From assembly GCF_009834535.1 (NCBI RefSeq), contig NC_045697.1, positions 42,038,001 to 42,102,000 on the forward strand: a stretch of 64,000 bases of DNA, in the 5' to 3' direction. The notes beneath the pieces were generated by a model. It was given only the letters and a program-made list of their open reading frames with translations, ran no database searches and was not told where the DNA came from. Of the stretch, positions 1 through 13,249 are shown in pieces. Both the position numbers and the translations under genes were made by a program. Position 1 is the stretch's first letter; every line of letters begins with the position of its first letter. This DNA comes from Camelus ferus (Eukaryota).

Positions 1-1009
1 AAGAGAAATATCCCAACATAATCTTTGCTCCTTCTAAGGAGTAAACAGATATTGTGTAAAATATTGAGAATTAAGGATTTTATACAAAGTACTAATTTAA
101 AGCTACCTCCTCATGTAAAAGTAAATTTTCCCATATTATTAGAAGAAATATATGCAACTCAAAGGAAACACAAGTCCAAAAAATCAAATATTGAAAAAAA
201 TAAATAGCCTATACAAACTGAAAGCATAATGTAAAACAACATGACAGAATTATCATATCAATCACATCAATATATTGTAAATGGCTAAACTCAACTATTA
301 TATACAAAAGAAACTAAGAAATTAGAAAATGAAGTGAAACTCAATTACATGTTGAACCTGAGAAATGAACTAAAACAGAGAAAACTAAAGACTAAAATCA
401 ACTGTGTGAAAATCCTCAATATATTCCAAAAGACAAGAATCAGCATATGTAGTATTTTCTGATAATCATTTAATAAAATTAGAATTAACAAGAAAATAAG
501 AAAAAAGAGCCAAGAAACTGGACTTTTAAAAAAATTAACTTTCTCTTCGGAAACATGAGTCAAAGATGATATCAAAACTAAGATTTTAGAACTGACATAA
601 AAATATCAGTATTTGAATAACTATCTAGCAAAACTCATGGGAGAGACCTTACAGAACCTAAAAGAACATTCCTACTTTAAATGTTCATATTAAGCTGATA
701 AAATTAAAATAAACAATTACATATAAAGAACTTTGAAAAAGGGCAATACAAAAGTTCAAGGAAGGCCATTTGAGAAATTAATAAAAACACAAGTTGAAAT
801 AAATGAAATAGCAAAACAAAAAAATGATAAAACTATTAGAAATTAACATTGGAAATAGTAATAAAATAATAAACCATTAACTAAATAAAGTAAAAAAAAA
901 TTCATAGGAAATTAGCTCAAATATATTTTAAAATCTGGATGAAATGATATTTTAGATAACACAATTTATTAAATGTCAGACAAAGAAGAAATCTCAGATT
1001 TCTTACACA

Positions 1010-1190
1010 GATACTTGGAGACATTTTTTATTGCAATGACTGTGTGGGAGGGTACTCTCTGGCAGGTAGAGGCCAGAAATGCTGCTAAATATCCTTTTTT
1101 TTTTTTTTTTTTTATACCAATAAGGGTGCACAGGTCAGTGCCTGCAATAAGGAAATAACTATCCAGAAATGTTAATAGTGTTTAAGTTTA
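1010..1190 (+). mobile_element. MER20 (hAT-Charlie) fragment
   Basis: ggagacattttttattg...ggtagaggccagaaatgctgctaaatatcc...aatgttaatagtg matches the recalled MER20 consensus; carries a T19 tract at 1095-1113. Confidence 0.75.
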
Positions 1191-1238
1191 GGTGTGGCTA
1201 ATTCTGCTGGTCTCTAGACTACACTTTGAGTAGCAACA
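1191..1238. mobile_element. MER5A-like terminal fragment
   Basis: ctgctggtctctagactacactttgagtagca resembles the MER5A terminus. Confidence 0.5.
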
Positions 1239-1245
1239 TTCCAGA

Positions 1246-1400
1246 CAAGAGTCAGCCAACTTTTTCTATAAAGAATCAGATAGCAAATATTTTAGGCTTT
1301 GTGGGACACAAACAGTTGCACATTCTATGTTTGTTTTTCCAACCTTTAAAAATATAAAAACTATTCTCAGTGCATAGGCCTTACCAAAATAGACCCATTT
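1246..1400. mobile_element. MER58-family (hAT-Charlie) fragment
   Basis: gtcagccaactttttctataaagaatcagatagcaaatattttaggctttgtggg is the MER58 terminal motif. Confidence 0.7.
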
Positions 1401-1659
1401 GTAAATTATAGGAATATATATTTGTTGTGGAATATGAATGCAAAGAATATAAATTCTTCCCCCATATAATAAAAATTCATGTTTCTTGGTCTTAAACTAA
1501 TTCTCATGATTAATGGAAAATTCTAGGAGATCATTAATATCAGGGACAGTGAAATGATCTTCACTATGACTACTATTGTGTCACACTTTCTAGTGATGAT
1601 AGCCAATATAATGATACAAAAGAAATAGATTATTCTTGTAAAGCTTGTCAAGCAGAAGT

Positions 1660-2290
1660 GTAGTAGAACCTAGCTGGATGATCACCATTTATTATTTTTT
1701 TTTAACTTTTCCTGGGTACATATATACACTACATTTCCCAATAGGCAAAGCCATATATGAGTTCTGCAAGTAGGACAAACCCAGAAGTGAAGTGTACTGA
1801 TCCCAAGACTGTCTAATAAAATAATTCCAAGTGATTGTAATTCTCTCTTCCCACATCTGCCAGCTGGATACAGAGAATCCAAGGTGGAATTCTGAAGCCC
1901 ACGAACAGGAGTTGGCAAACCAGCTCATGGGCCAAAGCTGGCCCACGGCCTGTTGCTATCAATTAGGTTTGATTGCACAGCCATGCTCATTTATCTACGT
2001 CTTGTCTATGGCTGCTTACAAGCCATAACAACAGTTGAGTAGTTCTGAGCGAGACTGTATGTTCAGCAAAGTGTAAAATATTCACAGTCCAGCCTTGTAC
2101 GGAAAAATATCTGGACAATCCCTGCCCTAAGAATATGGAAATAGAAGAAGCCTATGTCCCTGAATTACTCCCCGGGTAGAGCCAGCCCCACCCCATCACA
2201 CTGCATTCGACTATCATCAAATAAAACTTTATTTTGTTAAGCCACTGAGATTTAGTCCTTATTTCAAAAGCTAGCTAAGGCTGACCATAT
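1660..2290 (+). mobile_element. MLT1J-like MaLR LTR, split by MER58A
   Basis: tgtagtaga start, actacatttccc, gaagcctatgtccctgaattact, and 3' motif ttttattttgttaagccactgagattt. Confidence 0.65.
1906..2124 (+). mobile_element. MER58A, full-length MITE
   Basis: caggagttggcaaac...tctggacaatccctg termini; internal cacagccatgctcatt...tctatggctgctt; decayed 8-bp TSD cccacgaa/ccctaaga. Confidence 0.85.
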
Positions 2291-2969
2291 TGGAAAGGTA
2301 AAATTATGAGTAGATATGATTGGTTACCTGTAATATCCAAGGAAACCAACAGAAAATGTGTGAAGAATGAGAATAGAATATATAAAAGCAGCTGAGTTCA
2401 AAATTAATTCAAAGAATCAAGAGCATCCATCTATATAAACAATCACCGGTAACGGTGAAAAAAAAAGACCCGCCTCCATAATATTGCAACAAAAAAAAGA
2501 AATACCTACATTAAATTTGACCTGAAATATGCATGGTCTATTTAAATAAAACTTCAAAACATTACTTGGACACACACACCAAAGGAACTAGGACATACTT
2601 AAAACACTTAAATTATAAATCTGTCAATTTTCACCAAGTTAATAAAGAATTTTAACTTCTTCATAATAAAAGGAGTCAGGATTTTTTCCTCTCAATTAGA
2701 CAAGCTCATTCTATACTTTACACAGAAATCAACATGCAAAAGTAACTAGGATCTATATATCACACCTTACACCAAAATAAACGACAGATGGACCAATGAA
2801 TTTAATGAAAAAATAAAACATAAAAGTACTAGAAGAAGCCATGGGAAATCTGTTTTAATAATCTCAGAGTATGGAAGACCTTCCTGGTTATGATGCAAAA
2901 CCCAGAATCCATTTCAAAAAAGGATTCAAATTTCAACTCTATAAATTCCACAAATATCTGTCTCTGCCT

Positions 2970-3107
2970 TTTATATATAAATATGGAGACACACACATGT
3001 ATAAATACACACATGCATAAATACACACATACGTGTGTGTATGTGTATATATATGTAGAGTGTGTGTATATATATTGTGTGTGTGTATATATATAGGGTG
3101 TGTGTTG

Positions 3108-3156
<49 letters not shown>

Positions 3157-3240
3157 TGTGTGTGTATACACACGCACACTATATATATATATATATATAT
3201 AGTGTGTGTGTGTATACACACGCACACACACATATGTGTG
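2970..3240. repeat. Compound (TA)n/(TG)n/(CA)n microsatellite with a duplicated ~48-bp unit
   Basis: Directly visible; explains the low-complexity YI/CV/HT ORFs in the track. Confidence 0.95.
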
Positions 3241-6200
3241 TCTGTGGTGGATAGTATAAACACAGTCAAATGTAAAGAAGTATCTTAAAGGATTTTTTCA
3301 GCAACCACAGCCAAAATAAAAAGTTTGACAACACATGATGTTGGAGAGGGTATGAATAAAAAAATACTATTATACCTTGCTAGTGGTGGTGTAAATTGGT
3401 AAAATTCCTATAAGTGATAATTTGCAAATATCTACCATAATGAAAAATTACTTTCTGCTTTTAGAAATTTAATCCTATTGATGCGTCTTACATGTGAAAA
3501 TGCTGCAGACATATCATTTGTAACAGAAAATGATTAGAAACTATAAAAATGTTAATCAGTAGAGTGTTGACTAAATAAACTGGGGTACATGTATAATAGA
3601 ATACCATGTAGCAGCTATAAAAATGATAAAGAAGGTCTTTGTGTGCATACACACACACACAAACTCAAAGACAGAATTTGATAGGAAATAAAAACAAGGT
3701 AAAGAATAAAATCTGCAGTTTGCTGCATCTTTGTCAAAAAAGAGGAAAAATATATCTGTATGTCTGTGTGTGCACTGAATATCTCTGGAAAGATACTTAA
3801 GGAAGTCATAACTTGGGTTGTGTCTGAGAAGGCAACTGGGTGACTGAGGAACAGAAATAGGAAGAAGATATTTCACTGTGTGCTCTTTTGAGCACTAAAA
3901 ATCTACTTTAAAATGTTAAATATATCTATATATCCATCTATGAATATATATATTTAACATTTAGATATATTTCACATATAGCTATACAAATAATATATTA
4001 AAAATATAATTTATATTTAACATAGATATATTAGATACATGAAAAACTGTTATATCTTTCTGCAACTCACTGGTATGAAATTACACATGCAAAGGTTTGC
4101 TTCTTATAATCTGGAATTTAAAGAAAAAGACTATTTCTAAAAGGGAGTGAAAGTACAATTAGACAAAAAAGAGAGCCTTTGCAAAACTGGGAAAAGAGTA
4201 ATTTAATACATTCTATAACATCTGTTTTTCTAAACTGTATAGTTTACACAAAGTCATGACCAACAAGAGAACTGGAGCCAATGATTAGAGGCCTCAAATA
4301 TTAGAAATATCCAAAATATTATAAATAAAAGAGTCATAATAAGAAATCACCACAAACTGTTAAGATTAATATTTTTTCAAAGGTCAGACATTACAAAAAC
4401 GATTTCAGTTAAGCTAGAATCCACAAACTCCTTGCAATATATAGACTGACAATGCTTTACATAACTGACCATCAGCCGTCTGATCACAATATTAACTGCT
4501 TGGAAATTTCAGGAAAGCCGTTGCTGAGATAGCTTCAAATACTTTATTTTAAATATGCCTCTCAGCTGCTGGATTAATATAGTTTCGTGCCTTTGGTTTT
4601 CAGGCTGGAAAATGAGATGAAGAACTCAATGATGCAGAAAAGGCATAGAAGTTTCTCTTCTTTTAAAGGTGGCAGTGTGTAGTTATTAAAATTCTGAGTT
4701 CTCCATGAGTCTGATCTGCTTTAAGGCACAGAATTCAAATACACACCTTCCAGCATCAGACAAACACAAATATACAAACTAGATTTTGGGCAAAATCAGC
4801 CAAAGACGCTGCTTTGGAACAGATACCCTAAAAATTATTTTTCCAAGAGAAATAATGTATATAATACTCTTAAAGATCACATATTTTTTCATGTTTACAT
4901 TAATTTAAAACTCTTACTGCCTAAGAAAATAGGTCCTTTCAACTAAGGGTTTCACTAATTCCTTGTGAGAAGGATCCCCACATTATTAATTAGCAATTAA
5001 TATTAGAAGCTGTATAATCACTGGTCTGCTCCCTACCAGTTTATATTTGCTTAAAATTTTCACTATTACAACATAGTTAATCCTATACCAAGACTCATCT
5101 CGATTAATATTTTGTTACAACAAGTAACATCTAGCAATTTTAAAGATGGAGGTGAACATGATAACTATCTTAAGTCAACCGAACTGAAGGAGAGATTCTG
5201 GCACCCAGGATATGCAGATACAGATAAAAATATAGCAAAGAAAAGTAAGTGAAAGCAATAATGCTGAGGTAAAAGGACAGTGAGGAAAGGAAAACAAAAT
5301 GAAGGTTAGTATATAAATAGCAATTGCATGCCCGAAATCCTGTGTAAGCAACTCAAATCAAGGGATCAGTGTTTCAGAAAACTAGCAGCTGTTTATAAAG
5401 CAAATATATACCTGGTGTAAAGGAAAAGCCCACCCTTTTCTCTTAGTGAAATTAAATTTCTTCTGTGGATTATTTTGAGAATAACACTGTAATGTGATAG
5501 ACAGCATCCTTACAATACAGAGACAAGTTCTTTATCACAGGTTGTTTTCTTATAATGTTTCTAGATATACACATGTGACATCAAGTCCAATTACATACGT
5601 TTCAATAAAAACAATGCTGTGATGGGGAAGGAGGGTCATCTATTAATAAGTATCTATGAGACTCTTTGATGGCTGAATTTAATCCCAGGATCTATGAGCA
5701 ATTTTTAATAATGATGGCATTATATAAGGTGATTAATCTCTTAATGTATGATGTAATCAAAAGGAGTTAAAAGTGACTAATATTTAAGAGCTTTAAAGGC
5801 ACAGAAAATTCACCCTGGGGTGTTATATAATGGAGGGCAATGGTTCAAATGTGTATAATTTGCTCTGCAGTTGATGACTAGGCTCCGAATCAGTCCACAT
5901 GCACTCTGGTTCGTGGCTGGCACAGAATGGGTGGTCCTGAGAAAATTAGGACTGTTCTGGAGGCAATGCAGAGTGACCTCCTCAGGTTGATCAGAATAAA
6001 GCTGGTCAGTATCAAGTCAGGGTTTGGGGAGTATGATCTAGATGGTTGGACTTTGGAACATCATTTATCCTGAGAAGTCTTCTATAATTGCTTGTTGTGT
6101 GGTTATTTGCTTTCTTATACAAGGCTGTTTGTCCTCTTTTTTAAAAAACAGAATGAAATATGTTCAGCTGCTTCACATATCAGGTAATAACAGGTATCTG

Positions 6201-6504
6201 CCTTTGCAAAATAAATTGATGAACCAAAGACTGAAGCAGACTTTTTACTGTCTTATCCCATTTCCTCTCATCTCTTCCAACTACATTTTAATCTTCTCTC
6301 TGGTTTCTTTTTCTCTACATCCAGTGTATCACAGACAGTTATGACATAGCTGGCATTGACTTTTCCTATTCCTTTTGTCTCATTTTTTTCTGTTTATCAA
6401 GAAAATATAAAGAAATATCCCTCATTTTTTCCATAACTTGTGTTAAGTTTCTATAATGTTCCTGTACACTTTTAAGTTTCCTCATAAAAGTATTTCATCA
6501 GGGT

Positions 6505-6554
6505 AATATATATATACACATATATGTGTGTGTGTGTGTGTGTGTATGTATATA
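6505..6554. repeat. (TA)n/(TG)n microsatellite
   Basis: Directly visible. Confidence 0.85.
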
Positions 6555-6916
6555 CTGTCAAAATACACAGTAAGAGTTTTGTTTTTTAATTTCCCAGGAG
6601 TTATTCCCCACAACTCTACTATTTTCTCAAAAGTCTTAACAATTTTAATATTGATTCTGACATGTTTATATTCAGTGGTTATAACAGGAGCTAATCCTAA
6701 AGTCCTATACAGTTCAGGCCACATGAGTTTGGATCTTGTTTGTTCAAGGAAAAGACAGGTATGAGTATTTGGTAGTCCACCAGTTTATGTAGGATTCATA
6801 CTGTCAGGAGTTCTGCAGCACATGAAATTAGTCTCTAAGATCTCTAGGTATTATTATATTTTCAATGACCTCCTCCACCAGATATAAGTGCAAACACATG
6901 CAGCCAACAAGGTATA

Positions 6917-7137
6917 CAGTTGACCTTTGAGCAATACAGCTTTGAACTATTTGGGTCCACTTATATGCAGATTTTTTTTCAATGGTAAATAATAGAATAC
7001 TGTAAGATCTGGGTTGGTTGAATCTATGGGTGCAGAACCATGGATATGGAGGACCAACTATAAGTTATAAGCAGATTTTCAACTGCAGGGGGAGGTAGTT
7101 GGCACCCCTAACCCCTGCCTTGTTCAAGGGTCAGCAG
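6917..7137. mobile_element. Tigger2-family MITE (Tigger2a/MER8-like, TcMar)
   Basis: TIRs cagttgacctttgagcaa / ttgttcaagggtcagcag flanked by TA on both sides (6915-6916, 7138-7139). Confidence 0.85.
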
Positions 7138-7199
7138 TACTTACTCTAATCAGATTCCTCTGAGTATCTGTCTGTAAACACTCAATGCTTCATTTCCAT

Positions 7200-7650
7200 C
7201 AGCACGCCTTGTGCTCTCCTGTTTACGACTTATCACTAATCATTGCCTTTCCTATCAAAGAAGACATTTTTTCCTGCACATTTTCTGTCATGAGACTCTG
7301 AGTACCCATCCCTGCCCTGTTGACCTTAGACTTTAACCAGTGGGATGTTAGCAGACATGATGAAAACAGAGGCTTAAGGTATACCTGTGTAACTGAGTTT
7401 TCCCTCTTAGGCTTCTGTGATTACCAAGAAAAGGTCAAGCCTCAAGTAGCCCATGGTCCAAGGAAGATAAAAGGCAGGTGGAACAGATCTGGATTCAACC
7501 CACAGGTTGCCAAGCCCAGCCTAGAGCAGCCAGCCTACAACTGTGAAACTCTAACGTGGAAGCAAGAAAAAAACAACAGATGATTGTTATGAGACACTAA
7601 GTATCATGATGGTTTGTTATGCATTATTTTGACAAAAGATAAATGCTAAA
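7200..7650 (+). mobile_element. MLT1 (MLT1H/I-like) MaLR LTR
   Basis: gggatgttagcagacatga, ccaagcccagcctagagcagcc, 3' end tgattgttatgagacactaag...ggtttgttatgca. Confidence 0.7.
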
Positions 7651-8050
7651 AATATTGGTATCTAGATTTAAGGTACTATTATGCTAAAACCCAATATATG
7701 TAGCACTGGCTTTCAGATCAGGAGGCTAATGACAAACTATTATAGGAGGCTAGAAATATAAGGAACCATTTCACGCAGTGGTAAAATTTTTGGTAAAAAA
7801 TGTTTCCTGTGATAACTTGGAGATGGAACATATACCTAATAAACTTGTGAGCTTAAGCAGGTTCTCAACTAGAATATTAGAAGAATGAGCAGGCTTCTGG
7901 TAGGTGTATTTGCTAAGGTGCTACAAGAAATAAACAAGCTCAGGAAAGAACTGACTGGTTTGCAAATAGAATTGAGAGGACATACAGTGAGCTCAGAAAT
8001 GCTGGACTTTGCTGAGCAGGAAAATAAAAGTTTCTCATTTCTAACTTTGT
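7651..8050 (+). mobile_element. MLT1 internal-region 5' fragment
   Basis: Directly after the LTR: aatattggtatctag...tatgtagcactggcttt...cctgtgataacttgga...aaggtgctacaagaaataaacaagctcaggaaagaactg, resembling MLT1-int. Confidence 0.6.
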
Positions 8051-8060
8051 CAATCAGAAA

Positions 8061-8067
8061 TATATAT

Positions 8068-8112
<45 letters not shown>
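8061..8112. repeat. (TG)n microsatellite
   Basis: About 19 perfect TG units. Confidence 0.95.
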
Positions 8113-8113
<1 letters not shown>

Positions 8114-8169
8114 TGCCCTGACACTTGGAGGCATTCAATAAATTTGAGATCTCTTATAGTATAGCAGGA

Positions 8170-8600
8170 TTGGTTTCATGCAGTGGAATATTATAAAGCA
8201 GTTAAAATTAATGAACTACTAATGTATCAATATGGATTAAAGTTTATAATGCTGAGTGATAAAAGCAAACTACAACAGGAGTTATAGATGATGAGATATA
8301 TTAAACTTTTAAAATATGCATTTATTATATGTTGTTTATGGAAATACATGTATGTAAAAATATGCAAAAACATGCATGGACATTAAACACACTAGCTTCA
8401 GAAGTAGCCAACTCTAACATGAAAGGAGAGGAAAAGGACAGAGCTTTCCCTGTATGTGTAATATTTTATTCCTTTACGAAAATGCTATGTGAAAAAAATT
8501 TGGCAGAAGGTTAATTCTGTTAAATGTGTGTGGTGCATACATGATGAACTTTTAAATCAGTTTACTTTCATAATTAAAACTGAACATAATATTTAAAAAG
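8170..8600 (+). mobile_element. Old L1 (L1ME-like) 3' end
   Basis: gtggaatattataaagcagttaaaattaatgaactac...tatggattaa...ataatgctgagtgataaaagcaa. Confidence 0.65.
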
Positions 8601-9825
8601 GAATAAAAAGCATTCCTTTTAGTACACAGCTTCAGACTAGTTCTTCATAGATAAAAATAATGAGGTAATATTTAAAGTATGCATTTTGCTACTTTGATCA
8701 TTTTAGTCTTAAAATACAATTTTCATGGCCTGAGAATTGATCTGGTCTGAAAACTGGCATATTGTCCCTTGCATCATGTATGTGTATGGATATAATGAGG
8801 GAGAACCCAATTTATTCACATATTTGCCTAACTAGCCACCAAAGAAGAAATATAATCCTAATTATTTGCACTAGTTATTTTTCAAGGGTTCCTTGCCAGT
8901 GTATGCAATCAATTCCAACAAACCCACTGGTACTAACTATAACAGAACCTGGAGAAAGTGCAGGTCAAGGAAGGGATTATAATTAAATACCTGAATGAAG
9001 AAATAAATGGTGTGTCTGCCATATATAGCCAGGCAAGAGTTCAAAAACAAGTCAGTTGCTGTGCTCACATTTTTCCTGCACACCCCATCAGGTTTCAGCA
9101 AGCAGGTAGTACACATTTTCATCAGACTTCTGCCATTGAATCAAAGGATAATCATAATTTCCAGTCAGACTCTGCGTTTTCAGAAGACACCCATGTACCT
9201 GCACTGTCTTTCTGAGGGAAGAACATTGCGAGAGGGAGGAATCAGTTCACGGAAGGAGGAGGGAGCAGGGGCAGGGACCACCAGTGAGTAGCTCAGGTGA
9301 CGAGTTACTGATTTTTGCAGTGCTAATGAATACATCCAAACGTTTTCATAAACAACAGTTTGTCAAAGAGGAAGAGCTAAACACAATTTCTAAAGCCCTA
9401 AAAAGGCAGGCACTTTTTAGACCCATCATTTTCCTTCCGTGGATAAATGTCCTCGGATCCAGTAGAGATGGCTGCTCATTATTACACAATGGCTTTCACT
9501 TATCTAACAAAATGGCAAATGTGCTTCAAGCATATTAGCTTTACCTACATGATAAATTTTGGCAAGTCTGTTTTTATTTGAAAACTTATTGTCCAACTCC
9601 CTACATTTACAAGGTCACATTGAGCAGCAAAGTTTTTGATAATACAAAATATTCATTTAAAACTAACCTGTAAGGTTAGTTCCCATCAAACATTCTTCTT
9701 AGTTTACCCCACAGCAGTAGCACAAAGCCACAATTATAGCTTGTTTTTTGTTAGATGAAATACATTTTCAAGATGAAATCCCCAAAATGTATTTATTATT
9801 GATTATGAAATTAGGTCCTTCTTTT

Positions 9826-10039
9826 TATTTATTTATTTATTTATTAACATTTTTTATTGACTTATAATCATTTTACAATGTTGTGTCAAATTCCAGTGTT
9901 CAGCACAATTTTTCAGTTATTCATGGACATATACACACTCATTGTCACATTTTTTTCTCTGTGAGTTATCATAACATTTTGTGTATATTTCCCTGTGCTA
10001 TACAGTGTAGTCTATTCTACAATTTTGAAATCCCAGTCT
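9826..10039 (-). mobile_element. Young lineage-specific L1 3' end (5'-truncated) with perfect 17-bp TSD
   Basis: TSD aattaggtccttctttt at 9809-9825 and 10040-10056; (TAAA)n tail; TT/AAAA target; reverse complement aligns to 60900-61110. Confidence 0.9.
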
Positions 10040-11504
10040 AATTAGGTCCTTCTTTTAAATGCATTTGCTTTTTTTCTATTTCCAATTTTTTTTAATAAGC
10101 ATCCTCTGTTCCACTCTTACCATAATTTTTAGATGAACGTATTGATGCCAAAAGGCGTTCTTTCTCAACTTCTCTCCCATAGGCCACCGCACCAAGAGCC
10201 TGGACCAATCTAGGTCTAACTTATGTCAAAGTTCATGCTTTCACCCATTATGCAGTCTAACTCTCCAAGTGAAAATTAAAAGAGCCACTGTATTTGAGGC
10301 ACAGCTGTAAGGGGTCCTGGAGAGACAGTGAAGGAGACAGTAGAAGAATCTTGATAAATGTGAATGGAAACCTTGAGAGCTACTAACATACACAAGGCCT
10401 TTGAAATTGGGAACACCTGTTCACCATGGTAGCAAGAATCACTGCACATGAGAAACAAGTGTGCCACTTTTTCCCTAAGGGCCTGGAAACCAAAGGAGAG
10501 ACTGATTCTGACATGCTCCAATTCAGCTTCACCTCAGAGCTTTTGTATCTGATCTATTTTTGTTGATGATACTGAGCCAAATCCATTAAAATGCTTCAGT
10601 TTGGCTCCATAACCCATACGTGTTCTCTAAGGAAAACATGCCCAAGAGCAAAGTATTCTATGTCCCCCCTCCAATTCAACACATCAGTACAAACACTCCA
10701 CTAGTGCTGAGCAGTGATAAGTTGATTCGGATTTGGTCCACACCCTCAGGATGCTCACCCAGATAGACAATGCTTATTAAATTGTCCTATGTCCCAATCC
10801 ACTGGGAGTCTAAACTGTCTATTTCCAAGTAGCTAAAAACAGTGTAAGCTCCTGCAGATAAAGTGCAGTTTGATGGCATTTACACTGAAAGTGCCAGAGT
10901 GCTAAGCAATGAAGGATCTCTTTTTCAGTTCATAATCCAATCAAATCATCATCACCCTCCCCAAAGGGAATGCATTGGGTTGCCCTCCTCATTGATGTCA
11001 TGAAAGCAATAGCAAAGGCACACAAACACACACACACAAAGAAAGAAAGAAAAAGTAAGCAAACAAGCAAGCAAGCAAGACTCGTGGTAGAATAGAAGTG
11101 AAAGCATTCTCAGATTAGTTTAAAAATGTATAGGCATGTATTTTGCAGAATACGTTAAAGGAAAACAAAGCTGACTTAGAAATTGATAAACATTGGATTG
11201 ACAGTGAACTTGGAGCATTTGCAGAAGCAGTGACAAAAACAGTCCTGAAACTAAGTTAACGCTCCTGTTGCAGAAGAGCGTAGGGCATGGAGAGCAGGGT
11301 GAGTTGGATGAGGGCAACCTAAATGTTCTAGATGAGAACAGAAATAGTGCCACTGGTCCCGCTGACCAATGGTGTCCAATTTCTCAATGGAGGGAAAATT
11401 CAGTTGATAGCAGCACCCAGTGTTTTCAGTATTTAGTCTACATTTAACGGAACAGAGAATTGTATAGGGCTTCATTTCAGAGTGTGGATTTAATTCCTAA
11501 TTAA

Positions 11505-11750
11505 ATGATAACAAGCGTTATTCTAGCACTTGTATGCCAAGCACTTTTCTAAGCATTTTACACACGTAATTGGTTTAATCATCACAATAATCCTTTGCCA
11601 TCGGCAATATTATTATTCTCAGTTTACAGATGGGAAATCTGAGCCACAGAAAGGTCAAGTAACAAATTGAAGGTCCCACAGGTAGTAAGTGGAAGAGCCA
11701 GGTTCAAACTAAGCAGTCTGGCTCCAGAATTCATCACCTAACACTGTGCC
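11505..11750 (-). mobile_element. MIR SINE, near full length
   Basis: tttacagatgggaaatctgagccacagaaaggtcaagtaac...agagccaggttcaaactaagcagtctggctccaga is the MIR core in reverse. Confidence 0.85.
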
Positions 11751-13249
11751 GCCTCTCCAAGACAATCCCCAGGTTTGATTATATTACTGAATTCATAGCA
11801 CAGAATATTTATTCAGAACTGTCAACCAACTCTATACTGACTACATGGCCACAGAGATGCATACTATTACATACATGTTTATATGTAAATAACAGACACA
11901 AACAGTCCCATAGAGACTAAATTATATATTTGACATTAGTGCAGGGTACAAAGGAAAGAGTGGCTAGAATTTTATAAACTGTTTGACTATTTGTCCTAAT
12001 TATGGCACTCATTGTTTCTTGCCTCCACTGACAAAAATAGGGAAGCATTAAGTAATAAGTATCCTTTAAAAATTCCATGTTAATATGTCTTATGTCCTAG
12101 AGTGTTACATATTACAATAGCCTCCTTTCCTTCTTCCTGTTCTCTCTCTCCCTTCCCTTCTCCTTCCTTCTTTCTTAAATTCAATCCATATTTTTGAGCA
12201 TACACTAGAACAATCCGCGTTCTGCTCATTCATTATAAACAATGCAACCAATTCTGTTACGGACAAAAGAAAAAAAGGATCTTGAATAGAAGATGTCTTT
12301 AAATAGAATTTCAAAATCTTCATTTCAATTTTTAATTCCCCCTACCACTGACACATTTACGGCTTCTTTGTTATAAATGCAGACCCACAGAGAGTAAGAG
12401 GGACACCTGCATCAACTCCAAGCCCCAGAGCTTTAGGTTGGTCTGCAGCCAGCACCAGACATCATGCACTCTCATATTCCACCTCACTTAAGCCCCGTTA
12501 ACACCTGAGGAAAAGCACAAGGCCCAAGGACTCTATCCTGAGACACCTGGAGCAGCGTGGCCACCGCTCCCACACCTGGGCTGAATGAGGAAGTATCAAA
12601 GTTGCTGTGTGACCGCTGGAAGACACTTTTCTTTTCCTTCCTTATGATTTAAAATTCATCCCAGGGTGGTTGCGTTATATGTAAAATTAGACCAATCCAC
12701 AGAGAAATATCTAGTGGAGATTCAAATGAGTTGAATGTATCAAAGATACGAAGGAAGGGGTACAGAGACAACTGATGTGTGACTTTTCTTAGTGATACTG
12801 AATGACCTGACACCAGTGAGCTGTTAGACTGTGGGGAAAATTTTTTTTTTTTTTTGCCAATTTTAACTATTTTAGAGAATCTTTATGGTTAGAATAAAAG
12901 TGACTTAAAGGGGTTTGATGCAGAGTGCAAAACTCTCTATAGGGAATGCTGTGATCTGTATTTTATTAGTTCTATTTAAGCAGAATGGAAATCGTCTGAC
13001 CATTCTGGCCCTGAGAGAGACTCAATTTTTCTGACTCCATCTATTTATAATGTCTACTCCAACTCCAAAGGGAGACTGCCCCTAAGTAGAAGGACGTGAA
13101 CTCAAGCTTCCTCTTACCAAAGGCAATGGACCCTGCTAGAACTGTAGCTGCATGATACTGTAGACAGCCTTCTACATCTGCAAAGCCCTTTCACATAGTT
13201 CTAACCACCCACTGAAAGAAGTAAGGCATTTATTATTAGTGTCTCTCAT

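Larger units (their letters stand above)
1..3920 (+). mobile_element. Ancient fragmented LINE-1 (L1ME-like) ORF2 remnants and 3' end, interrupted by younger insertions
   Basis: A-rich ORF2-like blocks at ~250-990, ~1490-1625 and ~2290-2950 (e.g. gtagatatgattggttacctgtaatatccaa, resembling the RT F-A-D-D-M region); L1ME-type 3' end at ~3300-3900. Confidence 0.75.

Noticed and set aside
2829..3288. Several 60-146 aa ORFs rich in YI/CV/HT
   Set aside because: Translations of dinucleotide microsatellites.
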